Below the pieces are notes generated by a model. It saw nothing but the letters and a program-made list of their open reading frames with translations. It was not told where the DNA came from and made no database searches. Both the position numbers and the translations under genes were made by a program. DNA of 64,000 nucleotides from Deltaproteobacteria bacterium (lineage in GTDB: Bacteria > Myxococcota_A > Polyangia > JAAYKL01), in the NCBI GenBank assembly GCA_016936575.1, contig JAFGXQ010000045.1:70664-134663 (forward strand), given 5' to 3'. This document shows positions 9,039 through 18,787 of the stretch, piece after piece (the stretch's first letter is position 1; every line of letters begins with the position of its first letter).

Positions 9039-11987
9039 CTACTGCGAAATGCGTTCCATGGAGCCTACGGGGCCAAGTCCGTCGTTGCCGCCCACAATGT
9101 AGATATGCGAGTTCACGCGAACCGTTCCGTAATAGGATCGAGGAACCACAAAGCCGCCATTAGAGGACATGTAGTTGGTCAGAAATTCGGTACTCGCATC
9201 CGTAATCGGCTCTTCGGTCACGATCTCAAATCGTGTACTGAGAGAACCGAGGGGAGACGGTTCCATATCGACTCCGTCCCCATCAACGCCTTCCTGCTCT
9301 GAATCCACTCCTGGGAACGCGTACAAATACTGATCCACCACGACAGAGCCGCCGGCATAGGTAGTGCGACCATTCGACAAATCCGTATCCTGAACGGTCC
9401 ATTCCCCCAAAGCCGACATATTTACATCGAGAATCGCGGCTTCGATAGTCATCAACCCGCTATTGGGCGCAGGTGACGTGAATGATTCGTCTCCCGCCAC
9501 TGCGAATAGCAGTATCTGGGTGTCTGCCGCCGCCGGCAACGGATCGGGGTTCAGCGGACTGGTTCCCTGAGGCTGCGAAGACGATAGTCCCAAAAACGCC
9601 CGCGGCGTTTGCATTTCTTCAGTGATTGCAGTCGCGTCGCCGAGCGCGCCGTCCGCAAGAACCGAAATGAACTCCACACTGCCGAGATAGTTGTCTGTGC
9701 CGCCGTCTCCCCTCCCCCCTGCAATAATCATATAGCTGCCGGCGTCAGTGACCACAACGGTTCCCGCCGCGCCCTCTCGTGGGGTGGTCAGCGTTGCATC
9801 AAGTGTTTGCCAACGTGACAATGAACCAATTGGCAATGCAGCAACGCCATCGAGGGGAAAGCTCAGTTCATCAACTGCCAACGACCCATCGTCGGTCCAA
9901 CCGGTGTCGGCAACCCCCTCAGCGATCAGGAAGGTGTCTTCCGTCCCGACAATCGCTTCCGCTACCACATTGGTCCGATACACATTATACGTGGCTCCCG
10001 GCACCGGATCCCAAGTAAGCACCACGGTTCCCTGGGTTGCGTCAGTGGTCACCGACGTGCGATATCCAGCGATGGACTCCACTCCATTCACCACACTGGC
10101 GATACGGTACACCCAGATTCCGGCAGCCAGAGTGCCGCCATCAAAGACACTGGCGGAAACGAATCCGGGGGACGGAGCCGTTTCACCGGCATCCTGGTAG
10201 CAAATGAGATCGTCGGAGCCGCTCTCGACAGATGCAATCCAACGCGTGGTTCCCGGCCGCCCGTCTCCGGCGATAGAACGATATACATTGTAACTTGTCG
10301 CTTCCGGCAACCCGTCAAAACAAATTTCCACCGTTCCAGAGGTATTCAAAATCTGTACTTCATTGGAAGCCAACCCTTCTCCGAACGCACCAACGGCAGA
10401 AATCCTATAGTACCAGGTGCCATAAGGTAAATCTCCATCGCTTACCCGCGTCGGAGCAGAAACATCAACCATCGTATCGGATCCCAAAATCGTCGCTGTT
10501 TCAATGCTGTCCAATGCAACGTTATCGGCATCGAGGACGATGCTGGTATCCGTCGCGTTTCCCCCAAACGCATACAATCGATCTTTCAAACGCAGCAATA
10601 CGTGGCCGCTTCGAGGAGTATTCAATGCATTCTCCACTCGCGGTGTATCGGAATCCTGCCATTGCAGCAATGTTCGCCATTCCCCTACTTCGCCGTAAAT
10701 ATTCACCGCGGCGACTTCTGCGTTGCCAAGCACCTCATTGTCTGCATTGAGTCCACCGACAACATACATATGGGTACCGCTCCGCATGTCAAAACCGAAT
10801 GCGGTCCCGTGTCGCTCCCGTGCAGTCGCCAGCGTAGAATCCGGGGCATCGAAATTGCCTGTGAAATGACCGTCTGTGGGGCTCTTTGCTTCAAACGCAT
10901 AAAACGTATCGGATTGCCCATCGGGGTTCACCACTTTCACTGGATACAGCCCCAGCTCCACCGTGTCGGCGGGTATTGAAGTTACCAGCTCGGTGTCTGT
11001 GGCAGTGGTCACCTCCAGGGCGATTTCACCATCCGCGGTCAATAGAGAAACCGTCGCATCCACACTGAAGTACTGCCCCAATACCGTAAACGGTGTACAA
11101 TCTTCATTAAAAGGATGCTGCACAGGATCGATCGCTGAAATCTGGGGTGGAGATACATCCGTCACTTCAAATATGCCGGGTTCTTCGGTATCGGACACCA
11201 ACCATTGCCCGGCCAGCTCATCAGGATTACTTACCCACACATAATAAGCGCCGACCGAAATCTGCGCCGACTCGGATGGAATCGATGCAATGAGGGTGTT
11301 TTCATCGATGAAATTCACTTCAGACGCCAAATACGACACATCGGGGTTCTCCACACTGACCAACGTCACCCACGGGGTATTGACAAAATGTTCGCCGCTG
11401 ATCTGAATCGTTTTATCCGATAAGACATCATCATCCGTTGTGCCCACCCAGGCCAGTGCAGGCTCCACATTGGTTACTATCGGCGGCGGCAGTATTGAAA
11501 TGGAAAGCACCCCATCAAGCGTCGCAAAGGTACCGTCCGCCAACGTAACGGTCACATCATACAGTCCTTGAACTGCGGTCACTTCGGAACCGAAAAGTAC
11601 TGTTGCGGCTTCGCCCGTCTCTATCGATGCCGCACCCAGCGCCACAATCTGATCTCCGAGAGATATCGAAACGGTCATTCCCTCTTCAAATCCCGTACCC
11701 TGTATTGTTAACAACTGCTCCGTCCCCACGCTGATCGCACCCGGAAGAACACTGACCACCGTCAGTAACGCACTGGTATCGCCATTGATACTGTCTGAAT
11801 CCGTATCATCACTGCTATCGGTGCCTTCTGATTCCGTCGCCACTGAGGTGTCATTGATACTGGTATCGGGAGTGGTATCAGAACCGGTATCCCCATCATC
11901 TGATGATTTTTTATCATCTTCGGAGCATCCGAAAACCCACATCATCGAAACAATCAAGACCGCGATTTGTACACCTGATTTTATCAT
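9039..11987 (-). CDS. Large surface lipoprotein with IPT/TIG-like, Kelch-like and fibronectin-III-like beta domains
   Basis: ORF track 9039..12095. Preferred start is ATG at 11987 (MIKSGVQIAVLIVSMMWVFGCSEDD), which has a GGAGG spaced 8 nt upstream and a lipobox. Fn3-like GTVVLTWDPVPGATYNVYRT; Kelch-like GTHMYVVGGLNADNEVLGNAEVAAVNIYGEVGEWRTL; several Ig-like VTxV segments. Confidence 0.6.
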   Translation of the reverse strand: MIKSGVQIAVLIVSMMWVFGCSEDDKKSSDDGDTGSDTTPDTSINDTSVATESEGTDSSDDTDSDSINGDTSALLTVVSVLPGAISVGTEQLLTIQGTGFEEGMTVSISLGDQIVALGAASIETGEAATVLFGSEVTAVQGLYDVTVTLADGTFATLDGVLSISILPPPIVTNVEPALAWVGTTDDDVLSDKTIQISGEHFVNTPWVTLVSVENPDVSYLASEVNFIDENTLIASIPSESAQISVGAYYVWVSNPDELAGQWLVSDTEEPGIFEVTDVSPPQISAIDPVQHPFNEDCTPFTVLGQYFSVDATVSLLTADGEIALEVTTATDTELVTSIPADTVELGLYPVKVVNPDGQSDTFYAFEAKSPTDGHFTGNFDAPDSTLATARERHGTAFGFDMRSGTHMYVVGGLNADNEVLGNAEVAAVNIYGEVGEWRTLLQWQDSDTPRVENALNTPRSGHVLLRLKDRLYAFGGNATDTSIVLDADNVALDSIETATILGSDTMVDVSAPTRVSDGDLPYGTWYYRISAVGAFGEGLASNEVQILNTSGTVEICFDGLPEATSYNVYRSIAGDGRPGTTRWIASVESGSDDLICYQDAGETAPSPGFVSASVFDGGTLAAGIWVYRIASVVNGVESIAGYRTSVTTDATQGTVVLTWDPVPGATYNVYRTNVVAEAIVGTEDTFLIAEGVADTGWTDDGSLAVDELSFPLDGVAALPIGSLSRWQTLDATLTTPREGAAGTVVVTDAGSYMIIAGGRGDGGTDNYLGSVEFISVLADGALGDATAITEEMQTPRAFLGLSSSQPQGTSPLNPDPLPAAADTQILLFAVAGDESFTSPAPNSGLMTIEAAILDVNMSALGEWTVQDTDLSNGRTTYAGGSVVVDQYLYAFPGVDSEQEGVDGDGVDMEPSPLGSLSTRFEIVTEEPITDASTEFLTNYMSSNGGFVVPRSYYGTVRVNSHIYIVGGNDGLGPVGSMERISQ

Positions 11988-12174
11988 GAAAGTCACCTCC
12001 ATTGCATCTGTGCTGCACACTTGCAGCAACACCGTCAATACAGCCAGAACCGTGCCACTGACGCGGAGATGCGATATGCTCGATAGAATCATCATTTATT
12101 TTATTGAGACTGAATTTTTTCGACACAATTGTCGAGCCGCTCGATATTTTGGTCGAGCATCGGAATGATTGAAA

Positions 12175-13188
12175 CTATTCTGCGACAGTTACCGGCTGGC
12201 AGCAACCGCTCACGCAATAAAAGCCGGCATCACATGGAGATACATCTGAAACAGTGCACGGTTCAATTCCCGTCGGACATTGATCATCCGGCGTACCATC
12301 GGAATCGTCGCCGTCACCGTAACAGTCCGCAGGCAATTCCGGCTTACCAATGCATATTTCGCAATAGCCGCACTCGTTCAGGCAATTCGCTACGGGCGTG
12401 CATCTCGGGCATTTGCTTTCATCCAAAATATCGGCAAACGTGCACGTTCCAATATTGTCGGCGTCTTTCGCGCCAATCCAAACATAGGCATCGTCACCGT
12501 CGGTCCCCAACCCTTCGAGTTCCGGGAAGGTGCAACACCCGAAGCAGTCACAACCGTTCGGCGTGAACGGTACACAGACATCGGTGCACAATTGGGTTTG
12601 TTCATCCGGGCAAAACTGGGGATTTCCAATTAACGTTTCATTATATTCGCAAACAGCGCCTTCCGGCTCCAGGGGATCACATTCGTGACTCCACCAACAA
12701 TCATCGCTGCCGGTGCCCATGCCGTTTCCATAGTCAAAATAGCAGTCCACATGGCACGTTGATCCGGTTACGCCGCCCACATCCGAGATCAATGCAGGCC
12801 CTTCAGTATTGTCGCACGGCCCCAGGCATTCCGGATCGCGCCAATCGGTCATCCCGTCACTGTCATTATCTTTGCAATCGCCACATTCCAGCAGCCGTCC
12901 GTCACATTGGGTTTCGTAGCACACAAACTGCTTGCCATCGCCGTCCACCAGCAGCTCTCCCCCCTCACCCACCACTACCGTTGAATCCGTACCGTCCTGC
13001 CATCCTTCATCCGTCCCCTGAACCGACGTGTCGTCCTCATCCATACCTGTTCCGGTGGCAGAATCCTGGCGGTGGGTGGTGTCGGTGTCGAGCACTGCAT
13101 TCGCCGAACTGACGTCATCACCGCACCCTAAATTGCTTACAGCCCATACCCCGCACAAAAACAAGCACACTCGTCGTACAGTGAACAT
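12175..13188 (-). CDS. Cysteine-rich secreted lipoprotein (~40 Cys, repeated CxxC / C-x-D-x-D-x-D-G modules)
   Basis: Signal and lipobox VSNLGCGDD. Cys-rich throughout: CGDCKDNDSDGMTDWRDPECLGPCD, CDCFGCCTFPE, CPRCTPVANCLNECGYCEIC. Upstream GAGGAGG RBS. Confidence 0.55.
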   Translation of the reverse strand: MFTVRRVCLFLCGVWAVSNLGCGDDVSSANAVLDTDTTHRQDSATGTGMDEDDTSVQGTDEGWQDGTDSTVVVGEGGELLVDGDGKQFVCYETQCDGRLLECGDCKDNDSDGMTDWRDPECLGPCDNTEGPALISDVGGVTGSTCHVDCYFDYGNGMGTGSDDCWWSHECDPLEPEGAVCEYNETLIGNPQFCPDEQTQLCTDVCVPFTPNGCDCFGCCTFPELEGLGTDGDDAYVWIGAKDADNIGTCTFADILDESKCPRCTPVANCLNECGYCEICIGKPELPADCYGDGDDSDGTPDDQCPTGIEPCTVSDVSPCDAGFYCVSGCCQPVTVAE

Positions 13189-13415
13189 ACTGACCTCCTC
13201 TGTTTAATTTTGAACTCATTGACAAATTTGCAGCAAATCCGATGCCACAACGGTTTGCATAAAATTTTGAGTGCACGACAGCTGATTCGTCCAGACAGCA
13301 TCATACAATTCTTAATTACAAAAAAACACGGCACCGGTGAAAGGTCGACAAAAACGTCGAATTTCCATTGTGCTCTTCGACCATTTGGACGACAATTACA
13401 CTTGTTTTGCCGGTG

Positions 13416-13904
13416 TCAATGAGCATCTCCCAGATAGATATCATCGAACGTTTCGAATGCGCAAACCGCTTCGACGCTCCCATGCACAAATGTGACCTTG
13501 TCGGCAAATTTTGAGAAACTGGGCTCCACCAGTTCCAAAACATCGTAGTCAGGCTCCACCACCGTAATATGAACCACCCCGGGCTTGCGAAGCAAACGGT
13601 ACAAGAAGCCGCCCAGACCCACATTCGTCACCAGCACGTGGCCGCGAGCGCGTCGAATAAACGGCAAATGAAGGCGCAGTGTCACCGGGTCATTCGTGTC
13701 AATCTGCCGGCCGCCGCGATACAATGCCTGGTAAACATAGTCGCGGTCGTATCTGTCGCGCACCTCGCAAACGCCGCTCACCTCTTCGGGAATAACCACA
13801 ATACCGTGCGCATAGTCGCCGAAATGGGCACCGAACCTAGGGGCATCGGCGATAAATGGAACGGCTTCTTTTCCGATGATATTATTTTCCTGAGCATTGA
13901 ACAT
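13416..13904 (-). CDS. Short cytoplasmic protein with a class-I SAM-MTase / spermidine-synthase-like motif (truncated fold)
   Basis: GHVLVTNVGLGGFLYRLLRKPGVVHITVVEPDYDVLELVEPSF resembles the aminopropyltransferase pattern VLxIGGGDGGxxRExxKxxxVxxVxxVEIDxxV. At 162 aa it lacks the distal half of the fold. Confidence 0.3.
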   Translation of the reverse strand: MFNAQENNIIGKEAVPFIADAPRFGAHFGDYAHGIVVIPEEVSGVCEVRDRYDRDYVYQALYRGGRQIDTNDPVTLRLHLPFIRRARGHVLVTNVGLGGFLYRLLRKPGVVHITVVEPDYDVLELVEPSFSKFADKVTFVHGSVEAVCAFETFDDIYLGDAH

Positions 13905-14057
13905 GGGTCACCTCTCTGTTGTTTCCTGTTGTTTCCATCCCATTATCCCCCCTTGATAAGACATTTTTTGTCGCATACTACGCTACGACTCTTTTTTTCA
14001 GTTGAGCCGTTATCGGGTCTATGCGCCACATATCTAAAAAGACACACTTGTTCTGTT

Positions 14058-14103
14058 TTGCGACAACCTGCGCATCGGTCGAATATTGCGACACTTGTGC
14101 GCA
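14058..14103 (+). promoter_or_regulatory. Direct repeat TTGCGACAACCTGCGC ... TTGCGACACTTGTGCGC (29 bp centre to centre) in the divergent intergenic region 20-70 bp upstream of the 14126 gene
   Basis: Read directly from sequence. Sits between divergently transcribed genes (13904 minus start, 14126 plus start). Confidence 0.25.
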
Positions 14104-14125
14104 TTGAGAGAGGTACGGTACAAAG

Positions 14126-15478
14126 ATGAACTTACGATTTTTTCTTTCAATACATTGGCTGGGAGTCCTTCTTGTTGTCTGCGGTTGTTCCTCCGACAAC
14201 AACACCGATGACACCGGAGACACCACGCCCGACACCGCCGACTCGGAAACCGAATCCGATACAGAGCGGAGTACTGAAACCGCAGAACCAACCAGCGATG
14301 ATTCCACCGACACCGACACAACAATCACCGAAATCACGGTCCGCCGTATTGCCGAAGAAAATGAAACCGAAGAGGACGTGACCGCAGACTCCATTGTATG
14401 GTTCGCGGTAATGGACAACGATGAAACCCGCGCGATTCCCTGGACCCCAGACAGCGAATTGGCAATGCGCGTGTCAGTCCAAGGTGACCGGTACGGCATA
14501 GCCTATCAATGCGCCAACAACGCAGGACTGACCGCAATATACACAACCGTTCAGGAACTCACCCAGATCGATATGATTTGTCCGGTTTCTCGTGCAATGG
14601 CGGGATGCGATGCAGATGTAGAAATCGTATGGGACGGATTTGAAGGGAATGGTGCGCTGATCACCACGTGGGGACACGAATACATTGAACACCCTGAGAC
14701 ATCGGGCTATCTGGCCCCCAACAGCGACCGAAGTGAATTCTTCGTAGCCGATACCCAGGACGGCATCCCTATGCATCTGTACTCCAGACCGAGCAATGAC
14801 TTCAGTTGCTCCGATACTGTTGTGATTGACCTTGCGGCAGATGCGAACCTGTACACATCGCACCCGCTCTCTTACGGCGCGCTTTCCCATAATACCGAAC
14901 TGATACCTGATGAAACCCGACATGTTTACTGCACTTCAACCATGCCGGACGGCGCCTACGCGTACACGTGCAAGGTTCCCTCAAACAGCACTCAGTTTTC
15001 GGCAGCATCAGGAGCTGCAATAAATCAAATTGCTATCAGCGGCTGGTGGGATGACGGACACCGACGCTCATATATACAATTGGAAAATCCTCCACCCGCT
15101 GCGGTGGAATTGTTCCTGCTGACCCCCATCGAATTTACAGAAATACAACACGCCGGCAGGACACCGAGTACAGGCATCATCATTTCACAGGACCCTTACG
15201 CACTCGCGTATATCTATACATTGAGATATGAAGACGATGCAGAAATTCACATCATCGCGACGCGAAGCTGGGTCGATGACCAACTGCCGCTTCTCACCCC
15301 CGACTTGACCGGAACATCCGTATCACTCTCAACACTGGGTCAGCTCGAAGCTTCGCAACTCGTCGCCACTTGGAGCAACCTGGGAACCATGCGTGCCATC
15401 AATAAAGTCGCGGGGCATTTCCCCACTGAAAGCAATGGGGAATCTGCAGCAGAAATCACGGCAATTGAGTTTTATTAA
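14126..15478 (+). CDS. Lipoprotein with acidic Thr/Asp/Glu-rich tether; unknown C-terminal domain
   Basis: Lipobox LLVVCGCSSD, then NNTDDTGDTTPDTADSETESDTERSTETAEPTSDDSTDTDTT, then a 350-aa domain with no recognisable motif. Confidence 0.55.
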   Translation: MNLRFFLSIHWLGVLLVVCGCSSDNNTDDTGDTTPDTADSETESDTERSTETAEPTSDDSTDTDTTITEITVRRIAEENETEEDVTADSIVWFAVMDNDETRAIPWTPDSELAMRVSVQGDRYGIAYQCANNAGLTAIYTTVQELTQIDMICPVSRAMAGCDADVEIVWDGFEGNGALITTWGHEYIEHPETSGYLAPNSDRSEFFVADTQDGIPMHLYSRPSNDFSCSDTVVIDLAADANLYTSHPLSYGALSHNTELIPDETRHVYCTSTMPDGAYAYTCKVPSNSTQFSAASGAAINQIAISGWWDDGHRRSYIQLENPPPAAVELFLLTPIEFTEIQHAGRTPSTGIIISQDPYALAYIYTLRYEDDAEIHIIATRSWVDDQLPLLTPDLTGTSVSLSTLGQLEASQLVATWSNLGTMRAINKVAGHFPTESNGESAAEITAIEFY

Positions 15479-15511
15479 GATGCTACTTGCTATACAGAAC
15501 CCGGCTATGTT

Positions 15512-16108
15512 CTATGACGGGTCTTTGCATTGTTCAAGAATGTCTGACTTCAAACCGGGGCAACAGGTATTCGGACCGAAGTAGGAACGCCAGATTAAAT
15601 CAGCGAAGCCTTTGCCCTTGGTGATTTGTCCCATTCGCGCGCCGTTCTGCTTCAGAAGTGTTCCCTGACCGGGAATGTAAATAATCTCCACATAACTGCC
15701 CTTATTTAAATCCTTGGTGAAATACGACAAGAATACGTTAATTTTTTTCTGCAGCTCAGTGGTGTCTTTACCCTGCGGTAAATTTTTCGTGAACGTGTCT
15801 TTCAAGTTGTCAATCAACCGCTTTTTGGGAATGGTTCGCTTCATTGACAGGATCAACGCCTTTACCTCTGACTTGTAGATCACCGACCGCATGCTGCACT
15901 CGCCGCTCTCAGAGTAGGCGCTGAGGCTGTAAATATCCACGAATAGAAATTCGCGGATCGCCGTACCCAGCAATTTGAGAGATTTTCCGGCGACGGCTTT
16001 ATTTTTCGATACTGCTCCCACCGCTGGAGACGGCGGAAACACAGTAACCATAACCAACACTGCCAGCGCGACAATGTACCCTTTTCTTGTGCACCATATT
16101 GCTTTCAT
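15512..16108 (-). CDS. Chalcone-isomerase-fold (CHI-like) secreted protein
   Basis: ORF track gives 15512..16132; start preferred at MKAIW. Signal peptide. LKLLGTAIREFLFVDIYSLSAY matches the CHI-fold core strand motif (L.L.G.G.R...V.Y...Y). C-terminal GFADLIWRSYFG. Confidence 0.45.
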   Translation of the reverse strand: MKAIWCTRKGYIVALAVLVMVTVFPPSPAVGAVSKNKAVAGKSLKLLGTAIREFLFVDIYSLSAYSESGECSMRSVIYKSEVKALILSMKRTIPKKRLIDNLKDTFTKNLPQGKDTTELQKKINVFLSYFTKDLNKGSYVEIIYIPGQGTLLKQNGARMGQITKGKGFADLIWRSYFGPNTCCPGLKSDILEQCKDPS

Positions 16109-16141
16109 GCGGGTTCCTTTATCGTTCAGCAAATCCGCGAC

Positions 16142-17308
16142 CTAATCTTCGCAGATTTTCAGTTGAGAAATAAACCACGGCGCGGGGATAGAACAGTCAC
16201 CGCACATCAATGCCACAATCCAAATCCCTTCGTCGGTAATACCGGTGAACGCGTTGCCGTTGTCATCTGTTAATTCAGAAAGGGTCGCATAGGTACCCGC
16301 ATCGATGGTTTTTCGCCAGATTTCATCTGCCATGTTTTCGAGATTCAGAAAATCGGATTCCAGTGCCGAAATCGTCGTATCGGTGTAGTGTGCAACCATA
16401 ATCCCGGCAATCATCGTGGGTGCGAACTCGCGCCCCATCGCGTTGTTCGTCATGCTGCCGGTCCAATCCAAATACACATCGGCGGTGCCGGGCGGCAAAA
16501 TAATCGGCTCCAGGGAACTGAGATCAGCTTCATAATCCAGTTGCACCGAATCATTGTGAATGGTTACCGTTGAATTGTTCGCATCTTCGCGCACATTGAA
16601 CAACGCGAGCATACGCGCATTTTGACCGAGAATGATGCCCGAAGAAAGCATCACCGAATACGAAAAATCTTCAGGTGGAACATTGACAGGATCCAGCAGA
16701 CTCAGCATGGAGGCTTCATCGAGCGCGGATCCCCCGGGAGAAACCAAATCCAGATAATTGAATGTCGTTGTGCTCTGTTCAGTAAAATACACAGCCGGCG
16801 GATTCGCCAAATCCTGCATTGTCCAATCATCACTATTCAACTTTTCAACCAACTCCTCTTCGTTTGCGGACCAAATGGTCACCAGTGCCATCTGTATATC
16901 GCCCTCGCCATCAAGCGGCTGCCCCAGCATGTCCTGAGTCAGATCATCCCATTGGAACGTAATATCGGTGGAGGGAGTTACCGACGTGGCTTCAATTGTC
17001 ATTTCATTGGTGAACGTGTAATTCTGTGCATCCACCAGTGCATACGACACCACGCCATCTGTGACAGGCACAACATCGCACGAAGGTGGCGGTTCGTCTG
17101 CGTCTGTATCGCTGTCGCTGTCACTGTCTCCGTCGCTATCGACATCCGAGTCGCTGTCAGTATCACCGTCACCATCGGTATCTGTATCGCTGTCACTGTC
17201 ACCATCTGTGCCGCTCTGCTCAGTGTCTGAATTACCGCCGCACGACAACATCGCACCAACGCAGAATATCAACACAAAAACAAACAACCATATTACTGTT
17301 TTCGACAT
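16142..17308 (-). CDS. Lipoprotein with a poly(D-S/T/G) tether and a ~300-aa globular domain of unknown function
   Basis: Lipobox AMLSCGG. Tether [41 protein letters not shown] encoded by a DNA repeat at 17092..17227. Confidence 0.55.
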   Translation of the reverse strand: MSKTVIWLFVFVLIFCVGAMLSCGGNSDTEQSGTDGDSDSDTDTDGDGDTDSDSDVDSDGDSDSDSDTDADEPPPSCDVVPVTDGVVSYALVDAQNYTFTNEMTIEATSVTPSTDITFQWDDLTQDMLGQPLDGEGDIQMALVTIWSANEEELVEKLNSDDWTMQDLANPPAVYFTEQSTTTFNYLDLVSPGGSALDEASMLSLLDPVNVPPEDFSYSVMLSSGIILGQNARMLALFNVREDANNSTVTIHNDSVQLDYEADLSSLEPIILPPGTADVYLDWTGSMTNNAMGREFAPTMIAGIMVAHYTDTTISALESDFLNLENMADEIWRKTIDAGTYATLSELTDDNGNAFTGITDEGIWIVALMCGDCSIPAPWFISQLKICED

Positions 17309-17347
17309 TTTCGTCTCCTTTATCGAAGCGCGCAGAGCGCTGCTTGA

Positions 17348-18766
17348 CTACTGCTCCAGATCCACTGGATGGCCATATAATGTAGGCCGCCAAACCACAT
17401 ATCCGAACGCGGCTTGGCCCAAATCAATTGAACGCACAAGCTGTTCGTCAGCAGCCACCTCGTGCATCAATGCTTTATTACTATACGAAACAAGTGTGTT
17501 GCCATTCGGCAAACGCTGCACATCCCCCAAGGTAGGCGTTCCGAGACCTTCCACACGATACCGCCATATCTCCCGCAACCCGCCGGTATCGCTTGAAAAC
17601 TCGTATTCCAGTGCCTCACTGGTCAGTGTCACATCTGAAAATGAACCACCATTATTGAAAATGAGAATACTGTTGTTGAGCAAATGGTGACCATGCTGAT
17701 ATTTCCACAACCCGTCATTCTGCGTCACCCACGCAACGTCTCCACTTTTATCGAATGCGACAATTTCGCCGTGCTCGTAGTCAGATACCGTAAATAACTG
17801 TTCGGCCATGGAGTAGCGTAACGCATTGCCGTGACACCCGGTTCCCCACGTATCGGCGGTATCGTATATCAAACCGATGTTGCCGTTGGTATCCAACGAC
17901 ATCACACGCGCGCAAACCGCTGAGTTTCCAAATCCGCCTTCCGGAGTGTATTCCAACCAGGCGAACGTGTTGTCATCTACAGGGGTCAAGTCATGCGCGG
18001 CACCCGTCAGCGACGTGAACTGTTTTACTTCCTGGCCATCCATTGACACCAGTTCCACAGCACCGGCGTTTCCCTGATTATTACTCGATACTACCGCCAT
18101 CCATTTGCCGTCGTAGCTCATTCGAGCCCTGGTGCTGTCGCTAAGCGCTGTTGCAGCGTACCACCAAACGATATCGCCGTCGTTGTCTATAATGAATGCC
18201 ATAGGGTTCTGCGAAAAAGAGGCCGCAGTATACGACGCCAAAACGAAAAATCCGGGGGCGACCGACGCTGATTGCGCTACAATGATATCGGCTCGCTGAA
18301 TCACGTTCGTTACCGGTTCAGTCGTGATCACCACATCATGACTGCGATACGTTGTTCCATCAATTACCGCATTCACGCGAACATGGTAGTCAGAAGACCC
18401 CTTCATACCCAGAAGCAATGTTCTGAAATATTCCGCGGTTAACTCCACTGGTGCGGTCATTCCATACTCGCTATCCAACCCGAAGTCGATGGTCGCCGCA
18501 TCGATTTCGTTATCAACATTCGTTGACCATTCCACAATGCCCACTGTTCCGATGGCGTCACTGAGGTTCACAGACACCTCAAACGTGATGTCTCTATCTC
18601 CCGCATCAGTATTGGCATCCGTATTGTCAACTTCAGTTCCGCGGTCGCTATCGTCGGAATCGTCCGAGCGCATACCATCGCCGGCAGCTCTTTCACTGGA
18701 GCAGCTCATCCAGAATACTGCTCCACAAAGTATCGCTAGAAATGTTATGGTTATAGACGCGCGCAT
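17348..18766 (-). CDS. Beta-propeller lipoprotein, arylsulfotransferase-like (tentative), with an N-terminal Ig-like beta-sandwich; paralog of 18788..20560
   Basis: Lipobox WMSCSS. Ig/Fn3-like [72 protein letters not shown]. Propeller blades end in His-rich QHGHHLLNNSILIFNNGG. About 60% identical by eye to the neighbouring gene. Confidence 0.45.
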   Translation of the reverse strand: MRASITITFLAILCGAVFWMSCSSERAAGDGMRSDDSDDSDRGTEVDNTDANTDAGDRDITFEVSVNLSDAIGTVGIVEWSTNVDNEIDAATIDFGLDSEYGMTAPVELTAEYFRTLLLGMKGSSDYHVRVNAVIDGTTYRSHDVVITTEPVTNVIQRADIIVAQSASVAPGFFVLASYTAASFSQNPMAFIIDNDGDIVWWYAATALSDSTRARMSYDGKWMAVVSSNNQGNAGAVELVSMDGQEVKQFTSLTGAAHDLTPVDDNTFAWLEYTPEGGFGNSAVCARVMSLDTNGNIGLIYDTADTWGTGCHGNALRYSMAEQLFTVSDYEHGEIVAFDKSGDVAWVTQNDGLWKYQHGHHLLNNSILIFNNGGSFSDVTLTSEALEYEFSSDTGGLREIWRYRVEGLGTPTLGDVQRLPNGNTLVSYSNKALMHEVAADEQLVRSIDLGQAAFGYVVWRPTLYGHPVDLEQ

Positions 18767-18787
18767 TTAAAATTCGTTTTGCCTCTA

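Noticed and set aside
12133-12160. Hairpins CGACA-CAATTG-TCG and TCGAGC-C-GCTCGA between the 9039 and 12175 genes as a terminator
   Set aside because: On the gene (minus) strand the hairpins are followed by an A-run rather than a U-run. The geometry does not fit a rho-independent terminator. It may be an operator, but this is too ambiguous to call.
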